A DNA stretch of 64,000 nucleotides, from positions 1,984,001 through 2,048,000 of the forward strand of contig JBLDXI010000054.1 of the NCBI GenBank assembly GCA_047495785.1, given 5' to 3'. Below, piece by piece: positions 50,323 through 60,896 of the stretch. Source of the DNA: Lepidodermella squamata (lineage: Eukaryota; Animalia; Gastrotricha). How positions within the stretch are numbered: position 1 is the first letter of the stretch; every line of letters begins with the position of its first letter. Made by a program: the position numbers and the translations under genes. The notes under the pieces are model-generated. The model was given only the letters and a program-made list of their open reading frames with translations, had not been told where the DNA came from and did no database searches.

Positions 50323-50496
50323 ATGAGAATTGCTTATAGTTTTAAGGGTGATGATTTTTTCTAAATAAAAAGTGTTTTCTTTAAGTAGGTATGCGTAAAA
50401 AAGCTGTTTTTTGCCAGCACGCAAATGCGCGTGTCGTATTCAAAAATTGAAAGAGCCCACCTGAATGTTACTTTCTTAATCTTTTATAACGTGAAA

Positions 50497-52495
50497 ATGA
50501 AAGCTGCTAGCTCAAAACGTAGTGCTGCATTTGAACTACTCGAGAGAGGCAAATCTGCTCAATCGCAAGTTGGCGAAAATTGCGAAAAATGTGGCTGCGA
50601 GCAGGGAAAGTCGGAGAAATGTGGAAAATGCGAGGCAAATGTGGAGAGACGGCCTCGGAAAAGCAGATACAAGTTCCAGTACAGCCAGATACCATGTGAT
50701 GTCTGCAAATGCTCAAGTAAATTTCGAGAATTTCATTTTACTGATAAACAATTCGCTGTTATTATTGTTTTCGCCCGAAATTATCTCCCTGATAAAAGAA
50801 AATTTAATGAAATTTTATTTCCTAAAATTACTGATATATTAGGTAATCGATTTTTCAATTTTGGCAACAGAATTCCGGAATTGATCTTTCAAATATAAAC
50901 TAATACCTCCTAATCATCGTTTTTGCTAAAAAAAAAAGACAGTTTTTAATTAGAAAAATGGGTTAAAAATGGTTTTAGCAAAAACGATGATTAGGAGGTA
51001 GCGCTAGGGTTACGGTTAGGGTTAGGGCTTGGTTAAGGTTAAGCTTAGGCTTAGGGCTTGGTTAAGGTTCAGGGTTAGGATCTAGGGTTAGGGTTAGGGT
51101 TAGGGTTAGGTCGAGTCCAGTGTTTTTATAAACTTTGATTTTGGCGGTTAAAATTTATGTTAGGTTAGCAACCTAAAATTTCGTTGTATTCCAGGTACTG
51201 GGTTTTTCTACGGCGCTTTCACATGTGACGGCTGCAAAATATTTTTCCGCCGATCGATGAAGAACGACTACAAGAAGCAATACACGTGCAAGTCGGGTGC
51301 AGGAAAACCCCTGTTCATATGCCCGTTGGACTCAAATTGTCGGAAATGCCGACTTGAGCGATGTTTCAAAGCCGGAATGGCACTGTTCCCCAAAGTGTCC
51401 GAAACTAGGTCAAAATTGCGAAAACAGAAAATAATAGCGACGCATGACGCTACAACTTCGAAAATTGGCGAGAAAATAACGCGAAGTTTGATTCGGAAAA
51501 GCAAATCAATCACTGCCGCAAATGATGAATCATCACCGAGCCAGAGCAGCGCCTTAAATTGTGAAAAATCGACATTACCCAGTACCGACCAACTTTTCAC
51601 ACCACTGAACTGGAATTTCGACCGATTTCTCGCGAGGCTGGTCGAATCGGCGGCTCATCTTGCTCCGATAAGCGAGGATCGAATCGTTTTTAAACGAAGT
51701 ATGACCGCCGAAGATATGTTTGTCATCCAATCGAAATCGTTCGTAGTTTACATGACAGCCATTGGGGAATTTATAAACTCATTGCCTGGCATCGAATTGA
51801 TAGCTTACGAGGATAAAGTTGCTCTATTCACCCAGGCCTTCTTCCCGTTATCAATAGCCCAGCTATCCCTAGAGTATGACAAAAAGACGAAAGATTTGAG
51901 GAACTACTTTGGAATCCGATCGGATGATGCTGAATCCAATGAAGTCGGAGCAAGTTTGTCTGAGAAGGATGACGAGTTGAAGACTTACCTGATCGAGGCT
52001 GCAGAGCATCTAACTTCGGCCGTTTCAAACATTCAAGAATTCGCTTTGTTTTGCTCGATAATTTACCTTCATTCCGGTAAGTTCTATTCTTTACGCGTCA
52101 GCCTAAAATCAGCATTCAGCATTCATAATTTTTATATTTTTTCCATACCCCTGTAATACCCCTCTAAACTTGAGAAGCACATTTGAAATAGGCTTTCCAT
52201 TGTTTTAGATGCCCACAATCTCAAAAATCGGATAGCAGTTCGAAATCTGCGCATAAACTACGACGCCGCTTTTCAGCGATATTTGAGCGAGAAAACTGTG
52301 GGGGAAATTGAACCACGAATGGTGCTGCTCAGCAAGGCTGTTGCATTTCACAGGCGACTGACGCAGATATGCTACAATTATTACAGTGATATACTGCAAA
52401 AGTACTACTCTGGTAAATTCTACGACCTTGCTGCCAGTGTTTCGCCGCTCATTTCAGACTTTGGTGAACGTTTCTTCGGAAGAGGCATTTTGTGA
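50497..52495 (+). CDS. Nuclear receptor E with reduced first DBD (exons 50497-50716, 51195-52076, 52209-52495)
   Basis: Exon 1 keeps only CEKCGC..CGKC before [12 protein letters not shown]; [14 protein letters not shown]; [23 protein letters not shown]. Confidence 0.85.
50905..51110. repeat. Intronic hairpin followed by a degenerate (TTAGGG)n tract
   Basis: Inverted repeat acctcctaatcatcgtttttgctaaaa / ttttagcaaaaacgatgattaggaggt, then ~105 bp of ttaggg variants. Confidence 0.8.
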
Positions 52496-53785
52496 AGCAT
52501 TGCTTTGAGATTCGACTAAATAAATATTGGAAAAGGATGGAAATCGAAATGTTTGTGACGTAGTGTCTCAGTTTGGTGTGAGAAAATGATCGCCATTAAT
52601 ATCTTTTAGGCAAGAATTATCACTGTCAGAAATAAGAGTTGTTGAAAATATACTTTTACGCTTGGACTAATACAAGCCTATACAGGGAATCTTCAAGATT
52701 ACGGAGCCTTCAGGTCGGACCTAGATGTAAATTTTCGGTTTCCCAAAAAGCAAAAAGTGGCGAAGAAGAATAAGCAGAAAACTTGGCCTACTCCTGAAAT
52801 TCGCTCATCAATTTCTGAACAGGTATTTCAAGAGCTCATTTCAAGGCTGTCAATGCAATCAGGCTCAAAAGACGCATTCTGGATTCAGGAGGAGAGGCAA
52901 AGGAAAGGTTGTTAGCAGGCTTCGTCGCGACCTTTCCTAATCGCGGCCTTGTTGAATTGTAGGCCTCTGTACCTATACGATTACGTTCAGCTCCGCAGCG
53001 ACGCTCATTTATCCCTAGAGGTCTATTTGAAAAGTTGTTATCCGCGAATCCGCGTCAAGTAAGGAAACTAAGAACAGAGGCAAAATTATACGGATTTGAA
53101 CTCAAGCAAGATTGCGTATAAATTCAGCCAAATGATAATTTTCGGTCAATTCAGATAGGAATAATTCAAGACAGCTTTTAGGTTTCAGGGTGGAATTATA
53201 CTCGTAGTGTCGGATAAAAGAAGTCAGGTGTCGGGTGAGCAAGTATATTGAATGTCCATGTCTTTTTCCCAAGGAAATTTCGAGGCCAACACATCTTGTA
53301 ATGGCTATGTTCACGTGTCAATTTTGCACGACATGACCGATTGAAACAACATCTAAATCAGAAAAATTGAAAGAAAACTAAGGAATGTAAGGTTGAGTGT
53401 TCAAATTGTAATCGAAGTTATGAGAATGTTGACGCAATTCACCCTAGCAGTGTTTTTCACGCACAGTTGAATCCAGAACCCGCGTCCTCGCTAATTCAAT
53501 TCGCTGACCCGAATTCTTCTTAACGACGCAGCCACCTCTGCATTTAATTATTTGTTGCTTAATATGACAGGCTCGTGAAAGAACTAGCGCTCAAACGAAC
53601 GAATGTGCTATCCAATACAAGTAAAAAGCCATTCAATCAGCAGCAATTTGCCAATCAGCTCATAAAGGAAGCATCTAGCATCTAGTGATGTGCAATGAAT
53701 CAATTCGATTAATCGCAAAGGGCCGCCGAATCATCCACGCCTAAGGAATTTGTCTGAAGGACTAAGTTCACTAACTCGCTCTTTG

Positions 53786-53793
53786 TATATAAA
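53786..53793 (+). promoter_or_regulatory. Candidate TATA box of peptide gene 4
   Basis: TATATAAA 60 bp upstream of the ATG at 53846. Confidence 0.55.
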
Positions 53794-53845
53794 GCCGGTG
53801 ACACATGACACATAAGCACACATTAAGCAGAACTGCGTTCTTGTA

Positions 53846-54284
53846 ATGACTTATTTGAAAATATCGAGTTGCTTAGCTATCGTTTTGTCGCTGATGATTG
53901 CCTTAGTGCTAGCCAACCCAGCCCAGCTCGGCCCTAACAAAGCATCGCAGCCGAAACCAAATGTTAAGTCAGTGGCTCGTCGTCATGAAAATGCTGAGAC
54001 CGCAACTCTAACCGAAATGCAACAAGCAATAAGTGAGTGAATTGCACCTCTTATGATTTTGCCGAATATTAATGATTTATTTTTCCCTCGCAGAGAAATT
54101 GATAACTGATCTTGTTAGCAAGAATGACTTTTCTGGCTTGAAGAAGTTGCTGAACGATTTCGACCGGGCTCGTCGATTGAACAAATGCGTCAAGGCTCTT
54201 GGGTCGATGGCTGTTTGCGATAACCGAGTAGGATTCTACATTTGGGCGCAATTGTTGGCGCGGAAGATTATGCAAGAACAATAG
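53846..54284 (+). CDS. Secreted precursor, CDNRVGFY family member 4 (intron ~54033-54093)
   Basis: Signal peptide MTYLKISSCLAIVLSLMIALVLA; exon 2 reads ..FDRARRLNKCVKALGSMAVCDNRVGFYIWAQLLARKIMQEQ. Confidence 0.85.
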
Positions 54285-55641
54285 AATGCTTACTTGTAAG
54301 CTTGCTCTACAAAAATATAGGTATTAATAAATTGATACACAGGCCTTTCATTTGAACAAGTTTCCTTGTTTTAATAAATTGAATTATCAATCCAATAAAA
54401 CACCTGCCGGCAAGCAAGAGTTGATTTATTCTTATAATTCTCCCATGAGCGATAACTTATTTTCATCGATTAAGTTAGGACTCTTGTAAAATAATAATAA
54501 TAATAATAAATAATAATACAGTGCTCCCTCGCTAAGTGCACCCTGGCTATGTACAATTCCCTCGTTTTCTGCCACACTTTTACAGCCCCCTCAAATTTGG
54601 TAATTAAATATTTTTTATTTGTGAAAGAAAAAATTATTTACAAAATCAGATTTATTAAAATTCAAGAAAATAGCTTCATTAGCAACGCTGGCTGAGCAGC
54701 AGCTTTTTCAGCAATGAAAAGGCGGTGCCGGTTAAGCTTGGATCGACGCGGGGAATTTCAACAGCTAGTTTTATTCTTTTCGAATAAGTCGCTCTCTAAT
54801 AAGGAAGATTAAGGAATACTCCATTGATACAGGCCGGCCTAATTTAGTTGGAATTAGCTGAAGGCGATAAACGTTTCACCTGCCTGATTATTAACCCGGC
54901 AATTTTAGGCGACGAGATCTCTCGATCTTTACAGATAAACGTTTTTTATCTTAGATCATTGAGAGAGCGATTGATAGTGTGCACGCGTCTGACTTATTCG
55001 TGATTTTTTCATTCACAACTACTATAATCTCATACTCATTGATGGAACGGTGGATAGTGGATAATTTAATGACTTGGCAAAGAGTGCTTTACGATGCTGT
55101 TCAGCGTGAAGATAAATTGATTGACTATTCAGCCCTTATGATAATCTTGAATTCGTTTTAACAAACAGAATAGCTCGTTGATAGAAGTGAAATTTGAACT
55201 TAACCTAGCTAGCTCATCTTGGTAAAATGCGGCTAAAATCAGTTACATATAAGTTTATTGAGAACTAATTTATTATCTAAAATGCCTAGATTTTAGCTCT
55301 TGTTGAAAAAAATTGGCGTTGCACAGAATTTTAATATTGGAATAATTCCAGAAATCTTGAATTTATTCGAGCACTCATTCTGCTTTGACATTTGACATGA
55401 TGATAACTACCAGCCCGATTTAAAAAAATTATTTCGGTATTGATAATCATGAGAAAAGCCTCCTAATTACCATGATTTCTCCAAAAGGCCAAAGGCCATA
55501 GATCCGAAACATGATCCAAATGATCCTGGTGGACCAACGATCATTTTCATTTAATTACTGGTGACAGATGCCTTTACGGAAAAAATCCGTGTCCTTAAAC
55601 AGCGATATCGGGCTTGGTTTTAGATATGGCTAACCACTAAA

Positions 55642-56070
55642 TGTAAAAAGGTGATAAGATGTGTGTGTGTACTCACGTATAATTGGCGACTGGCCAAGGA
55701 AGTTGGCAGTCGGCCAAGGGAATAAAATAACGTGGTTGGCAACTGGCCAAGGAGTTTGGCAGTTGGCCATGGAATGTCGGCATCGAGCCAACACAAGAAT
55801 TAAACATAAATATACTAAATTCCTTAGATCTATCCGGCCTATATAAGCGCCGTTGAAAACGTGCAAGAATCATCATTTTATGCAAATAATAAAACCTTTG
55901 ATTTATACTCTTGGACTTAGCATTTTCGCGACTTTCTTTTGGTTGCTATTGTATTTCATTTACAAGAAGTTTTACGAGCCGCATATTAATCCTTCGCAGG
56001 AATAATTCAGTAGTACAAGAACTCACGAGAGATATTACTTTTCATTAGTTTACAAAGTTTCCGTACTACA
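55642..56070 (+). repeat. 5' LTR
   Basis: Direct repeat of 62898-63326; TATATAA at 55840 and AATAAA at 55888. Confidence 0.95.
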
Positions 56071-56137
56071 TCTTTTCTGGTGGCCACTGGTAGCTACAAA
56101 TCGACGATTTCTTGGTTAATAAATTACCTGCCCTACA

Positions 56138-57075
56138 ATGTCATTCGAAATTCAACGATCCCTCAACGCATTTCCGAAAATCTCTGGCACAAACTACGAG
56201 CGATTCCAAGAAAGCTGGCAGCAATTTATCGCCCTTGCTCGCGCTTGTGGAGCCAAGGACGAGGATCCAGATGCTGTCGGTGGTGTAGATTCCGAAGCCT
56301 TGATCGCCAGGCGTAAAGTCATCGCAGTGCTGCCCTATACCTCACAGGGCGATTGCTCGAGGTCTGGCAAGAATCAGCTGCCGCTAAAACATGTACGAAA
56401 CTCTCGGCAGCAAAGACCATACTGGAGGAAGGCGCAAACCTTCAACCGGATAAAGCCCTAGCTGAGATGACATTCATGGCTCGAGCCCAACAACCGACCG
56501 AATCTGTTCGCGAGTATCTTACGGCCCTCAAACGACTGCTTTATCAAGCTGGTTACGAGGACAACCCTCCCGACAAGAAGCTGATCTTCGACGGCAAACT
56601 GCTTAACAGGTATGCTTTAGGCCTTAGGCCAGAACTTAGGGTAGCCGTTTATAGAGAGGGGGACCCAGCCGATATAGATACTATCACCGCTCGTGCGGAA
56701 AAGGCAGAGCGAGCAGATAGGTTAAGTAATTTGGGGAATTCAGTCATAGGAGCAATCAGCTCAGCGGAATCTGATTCCGCCGATCGCCTCATCAATGCGC
56801 TAGTTTCGCAGGCCGAGACTGCCAAAGCGCAGAATGAAGCCATCAAACAGCTAACGGATAGAGTGGGCAAGTTGAGCACTGAGGAACAACCTCCTGCTTC
56901 CCGTCGGGTCATCACGTGTTGGAATTGCAACCGCCCCGGCCATAGGAAGAGGGAATGTAGGCAGCCATTAAAATCAACGAGGGGGAGGACATTTGGGAGA
57001 GCGTTTGGCTTTAGACGAGCTTGGACCCCACCCAACTCATCCCAAGACCAGGGAAACGAGGAAGGGCAAACCTAA
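56138..57075 (+). CDS. gag: gag (one-base frameshift near 56335)
   Basis: ORFs 56138-56461 and 56353-57075 join as LP(L)YLTGRLLEVW if one C is restored; QQPTESVREY major-homology-like motif; CWNCNRPGHRKREC zinc knuckle. Confidence 0.85.
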
Positions 57076-60000
57076 GAGGGGATACGGTATGCCTGTCAGC
57101 TAAATCCCTGGAATCCCAACCGCTTATCCCTAGTGTTAATGGTATTAAGGGACTCATGGTTAAACTTGTCATTAATGGCAAACCCATCCAGGCATTGCTA
57201 GATACAGGTGCCGCGAAAAGTTGCCTTAACTGCAATCTTATCCCTAGTTCACCCCAGCTAAGGCCAGCTACTGCAATAGGCCCTGACGGATCAAGTCTGA
57301 ACGTCAAGGGTCTTGCACAGCTCTCAGGGAAAATGGGAAAACTCACGTTCAAGCACGATTTCTTAGCGATAGAGAAGCTTTGCGTACCAGCCTTAGTCGG
57401 GGCAGACTTCTTAGACATTTACGCGTCAGCGATAGATTGGGAAAAACGGCAGCTAATATTAAGAGACGGCACGCGAATAGCGCTCAGCAAAGGCCCTTTA
57501 GATATTCTAATGAATATCGGGCAGAAATCCGCTATTGCGCCTTACCTGCCACAATCAGGCAGCGACAAAATAGCAAGGCCCTCAACATTGCCAGTTACAC
57601 CATGGGAGCCCGAGGTAGACATAAGTGAACCCACCTTAACGGACAGCCAACGAGCCCAGCTCAGAGCACTCGTAAACGAATTTAGCGATATCTTCATGCG
57701 TCATAAATATGACGTAGGCTGCTACGATAAATTCAAACATTCCATCAAAACCGATGGGAGTAGGATAAAGCAACCCATGAGGAGATTTTCCAACGCGGAG
57801 AAAATACTGCTTAAGAAAGAGATAGAGCAACTTTATAAGGCTGGCATAATTGCACCCTCCAACTCAGAGCATCGCAACAGCATTCAGCTCGTGCCTAAGG
57901 CCAACAACCAAGTTAGGATAGTATTAGATGCGCGTTACCTAAACAGTAAAACGAAGAAGGAACTCTTTTCAGGACCGAGAGCTGATGAATGTTTAGAAAT
58001 GTTAGGAAATGGGGGAAAGTCATTCAAGTATATCACATCGGTAGATGTGGGGCAAGCATTTTATTCACTTAGCCTCACTCCTAACTCTCAGGACCTGACT
58101 TCCTTCGATCTCGGGCCCCATATCGGCACCTGGAAATATACGCGAGTTATAATGGGGGGTACCAACTCATCTTCCATATGGAATCGCGTAATGCATGCCA
58201 CATTAGGGGATTTAATCGCCCAAGGCAGCGTTTGCAACTACGCAGACGATGTATGCCTATTTTCGTCCACCTTTGGGGAACATTTAGCTTTATTGAAGGA
58301 GGTATTCAAGCGATTTAGGGAGGCCAAGTTGAAATTCAATGGCGCGAAATGTAAGCTAGCGAAATCAGAGATCGATTTCCTAGGCTTCACCGTCAATGCT
58401 TACGGAGTAACGCCATCGCGAAGCAAAATAGCCGCAATCCTAGATTACCCCAGACCTACTGACATTCACGAGCTTCGTAGCATATACGGGGGAGTGTCCT
58501 ACTATAGGCGCTTCATCGAAGGATTCGCAAGAATCACGGAGCCGCTCACTTCGCTTATGCGAAAATCAACGCAGAAGTTTCAGTGGTCTGAGGAAGCAGA
58601 TAGGGCCTTTCAAGCGCTCAAGGAAAAGCTGACGACCAGCCCTGTGTTACGTTACCCTAACTTTTCTGTTCCGTTCCAAATAGAAAGCGATAGCTCAGAT
58701 CACGCGATAGGCGGAGTCCTAACTCAAGTTATCGACGGGGAGGAACACCCTATAGCTTACGCCAGCCGAACTTTAACCAAGAGCGAGCGAAACTTATCCG
58801 TAACGGAGAAGGAGTGCCTAGCCTTGGTGGAATGTGTCACCAAATTCTTCAAACCCTACATTCGGACAAGAGAGCAACACGCAATGATTAACGACTCACC
58901 TGACCTGGGACATGTGACTGTTAAGGTCGATCACAACCCGCTAGTTACGATGCAATCATGTAGGGATGTGGGAGGTAGAGTAAGTCGATGGGCGCTTAAA
59001 CTGAACAACTATGCCCTAAAGATTGTCTACAAACCAGGCAAGAAGCATGGAAACGCCGATTTCATGTCTCGAAAGCCCGATCGACAATTCCCACCTACAA
59101 AACGAGGCATCGGACCAAGCATCAACATATGCCTACAGCCCAAAATCACCTTGGAACAACTCCGAGCTGAGCAATTGAAGGACGATTGGATCAAATCGAC
59201 CATAGAGAAGGTCAAAACAAACAAACCGGTCGATAGGCGATTCGATATCGAGAACAATGTACTGGTAAGATATCCGGAAGAATCGAACAAAGAATTGAAG
59301 CAATACGTCCTACCGGCTACCTTGAGAAAGATGATTTTACAACATCTTCATGACGAAGTCGGAGGACATCTGGGAATGGACCGAACGATAGCCAGAATCA
59401 AGGAGCAATACTTCTGGCCTGACTTGGAGACCGATGTGGCTGACTACGTCAGGGAATGCATCCCTTGCCAACAAAGGAAAGGACCAATCAAACATCCTGT
59501 AGCCGAGCTACACCCTATCGAAACATCGAGCTTCGGCGAGCTATATGTATGGGATATCATGGGTCCTGTCCAGCCATCCGATGGTTATCGATACGTTCTT
59601 CTTATCGGAGACCACTTCAGCAAATACTTCCAAGCTTGGCCATTAAGAACAATTACAGCTGAGAAAGTTGTAGAAAAACTCCTGGAATTCTGCTACATTC
59701 ACGGTTTCCCGAAACGCATACTATCAGACAACGGAGCTCAGTTGATCGGGAAACTGGTCAGTGAAGTTGAAAAACTACTCCAAATTACGCAGGTTCGTAC
59801 TACAGCATTCAAGCCATCCACCAATGGGTTGTGTGAGAGGCAAAATCTGACAATAGCTAATATGATTGCCAACAGCCTGAGTCAGAAGGGCGGAAAATGG
59901 CATGAACAACTACAGCCGGTAATGTTTTTCTATAATACATCTCGCCACAGCCAGACTACGTATAGTCCGGCGTTCTTAGCAACAGGACGACGGATACGGT

Positions 60001-60887
60001 TACCAGGCGAGATCGTAGCAGACAATGGAGGAAAACCAGTCAGCACAGATGATTATGCAAACAAGCTCCATCGAAATCTCGTTACAGCAAACAAAATCGT
60101 AAATGATCGAATGAAACTAGTTCGAGAACGACAGAAAGCGATCTATGATCAGAAAGCAGGAAATTGTGATCCATTTCCAGAAGGAACCTTGGTATGGCTA
60201 CACTGCCCGGCATTACCAGCTTCATCGTCAACTCCTAGGAAATTCTGGAGCCCGTGGAGAGGCCCTTACACTGTGCTGCAAAGGATAGGAGTCAACTACG
60301 AAATCCAACTCTACAATGGATCGCAGAAACCGAAATTCGTTCACCGAAACAGACTGAAACCATTCTATGGCGATGTGGACAAACTCGCCAAATCAAACCA
60401 GGCAGCCCAAGTTAAAGAGCCGGAAGACAATGAAGATTTGGCCGAAAAACAGCGTCGAGACGAGCTGAATAGCGATAGCCAAAACACACCGAAACCAGCC
60501 CGGCTTGCCTTGCAAACAAAAACACCTGCCAAGCCTGAGAGGCCAATTAGGTCTCCCATTCATTCCTACAACCTCAGGAGCAATAAGCTGGACTCTCTAT
60601 GGGACCAAGATCGTTTCGACACGTCTCCAGTGGAGGAACCGCGACCGGAGCCAGAGCCAAATCCGCTTTCACCGGTTATTCCCGCGGTACCAAGGCCCTT
60701 GGTGCCCATCCCTGTGGATCCTCCAGCAAATCCCATACCAGCAGGCTCGCCAGAACCTGAACCAGATCCTATAGCAGACCTAGGATACTTAGGATTAGCC
60801 GAGTTGTTCGAGAATGAATCAGACCAAGGGGAGGAACGGCCTGACATTGGATATGAATTGGATTGGTATGATCACGCGTTGGCATGA
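57021..60887 (+). CDS. pol: pol polyprotein, expressed by -1 frameshift
   Basis: LLDTGA protease, YADD RT, RNase H (ESDSS..EKEC), HHCC zinc finger and DDE integrase, GPY motif; slippery G GGA AAC at 57051-57057 in the gag frame. Confidence 0.95.
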   Translation: MDPTQLIPRPGKRGRANLRGDTVCLSAKSLESQPLIPSVNGIKGLMVKLVINGKPIQALLDTGAAKSCLNCNLIPSSPQLRPATAIGPDGSSLNVKGLAQLSGKMGKLTFKHDFLAIEKLCVPALVGADFLDIYASAIDWEKRQLILRDGTRIALSKGPLDILMNIGQKSAIAPYLPQSGSDKIARPSTLPVTPWEPEVDISEPTLTDSQRAQLRALVNEFSDIFMRHKYDVGCYDKFKHSIKTDGSRIKQPMRRFSNAEKILLKKEIEQLYKAGIIAPSNSEHRNSIQLVPKANNQVRIVLDARYLNSKTKKELFSGPRADECLEMLGNGGKSFKYITSVDVGQAFYSLSLTPNSQDLTSFDLGPHIGTWKYTRVIMGGTNSSSIWNRVMHATLGDLIAQGSVCNYADDVCLFSSTFGEHLALLKEVFKRFREAKLKFNGAKCKLAKSEIDFLGFTVNAYGVTPSRSKIAAILDYPRPTDIHELRSIYGGVSYYRRFIEGFARITEPLTSLMRKSTQKFQWSEEADRAFQALKEKLTTSPVLRYPNFSVPFQIESDSSDHAIGGVLTQVIDGEEHPIAYASRTLTKSERNLSVTEKECLALVECVTKFFKPYIRTREQHAMINDSPDLGHVTVKVDHNPLVTMQSCRDVGGRVSRWALKLNNYALKIVYKPGKKHGNADFMSRKPDRQFPPTKRGIGPSINICLQPKITLEQLRAEQLKDDWIKSTIEKVKTNKPVDRRFDIENNVLVRYPEESNKELKQYVLPATLRKMILQHLHDEVGGHLGMDRTIARIKEQYFWPDLETDVADYVRECIPCQQRKGPIKHPVAELHPIETSSFGELYVWDIMGPVQPSDGYRYVLLIGDHFSKYFQAWPLRTITAEKVVEKLLEFCYIHGFPKRILSDNGAQLIGKLVSEVEKLLQITQVRTTAFKPSTNGLCERQNLTIANMIANSLSQKGGKWHEQLQPVMFFYNTSRHSQTTYSPAFLATGRRIRLPGEIVADNGGKPVSTDDYANKLHRNLVTANKIVNDRMKLVRERQKAIYDQKAGNCDPFPEGTLVWLHCPALPASSSTPRKFWSPWRGPYTVLQRIGVNYEIQLYNGSQKPKFVHRNRLKPFYGDVDKLAKSNQAAQVKEPEDNEDLAEKQRRDELNSDSQNTPKPARLALQTKTPAKPERPIRSPIHSYNLRSNKLDSLWDQDRFDTSPVEEPRPEPEPNPLSPVIPAVPRPLVPIPVDPPANPIPAGSPEPEPDPIADLGYLGLAELFENESDQGEERPDIGYELDWYDHALA

Positions 60888-60896
60888 CGGAAAATC

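Noticed and set aside
51005-51110. True telomere
   Set aside because: Short, degenerate, and inside an intron of an intact gene.
55630-55885. Short ORFs repeated at 62874-63141
   Set aside because: Chance frames within the identical LTRs.
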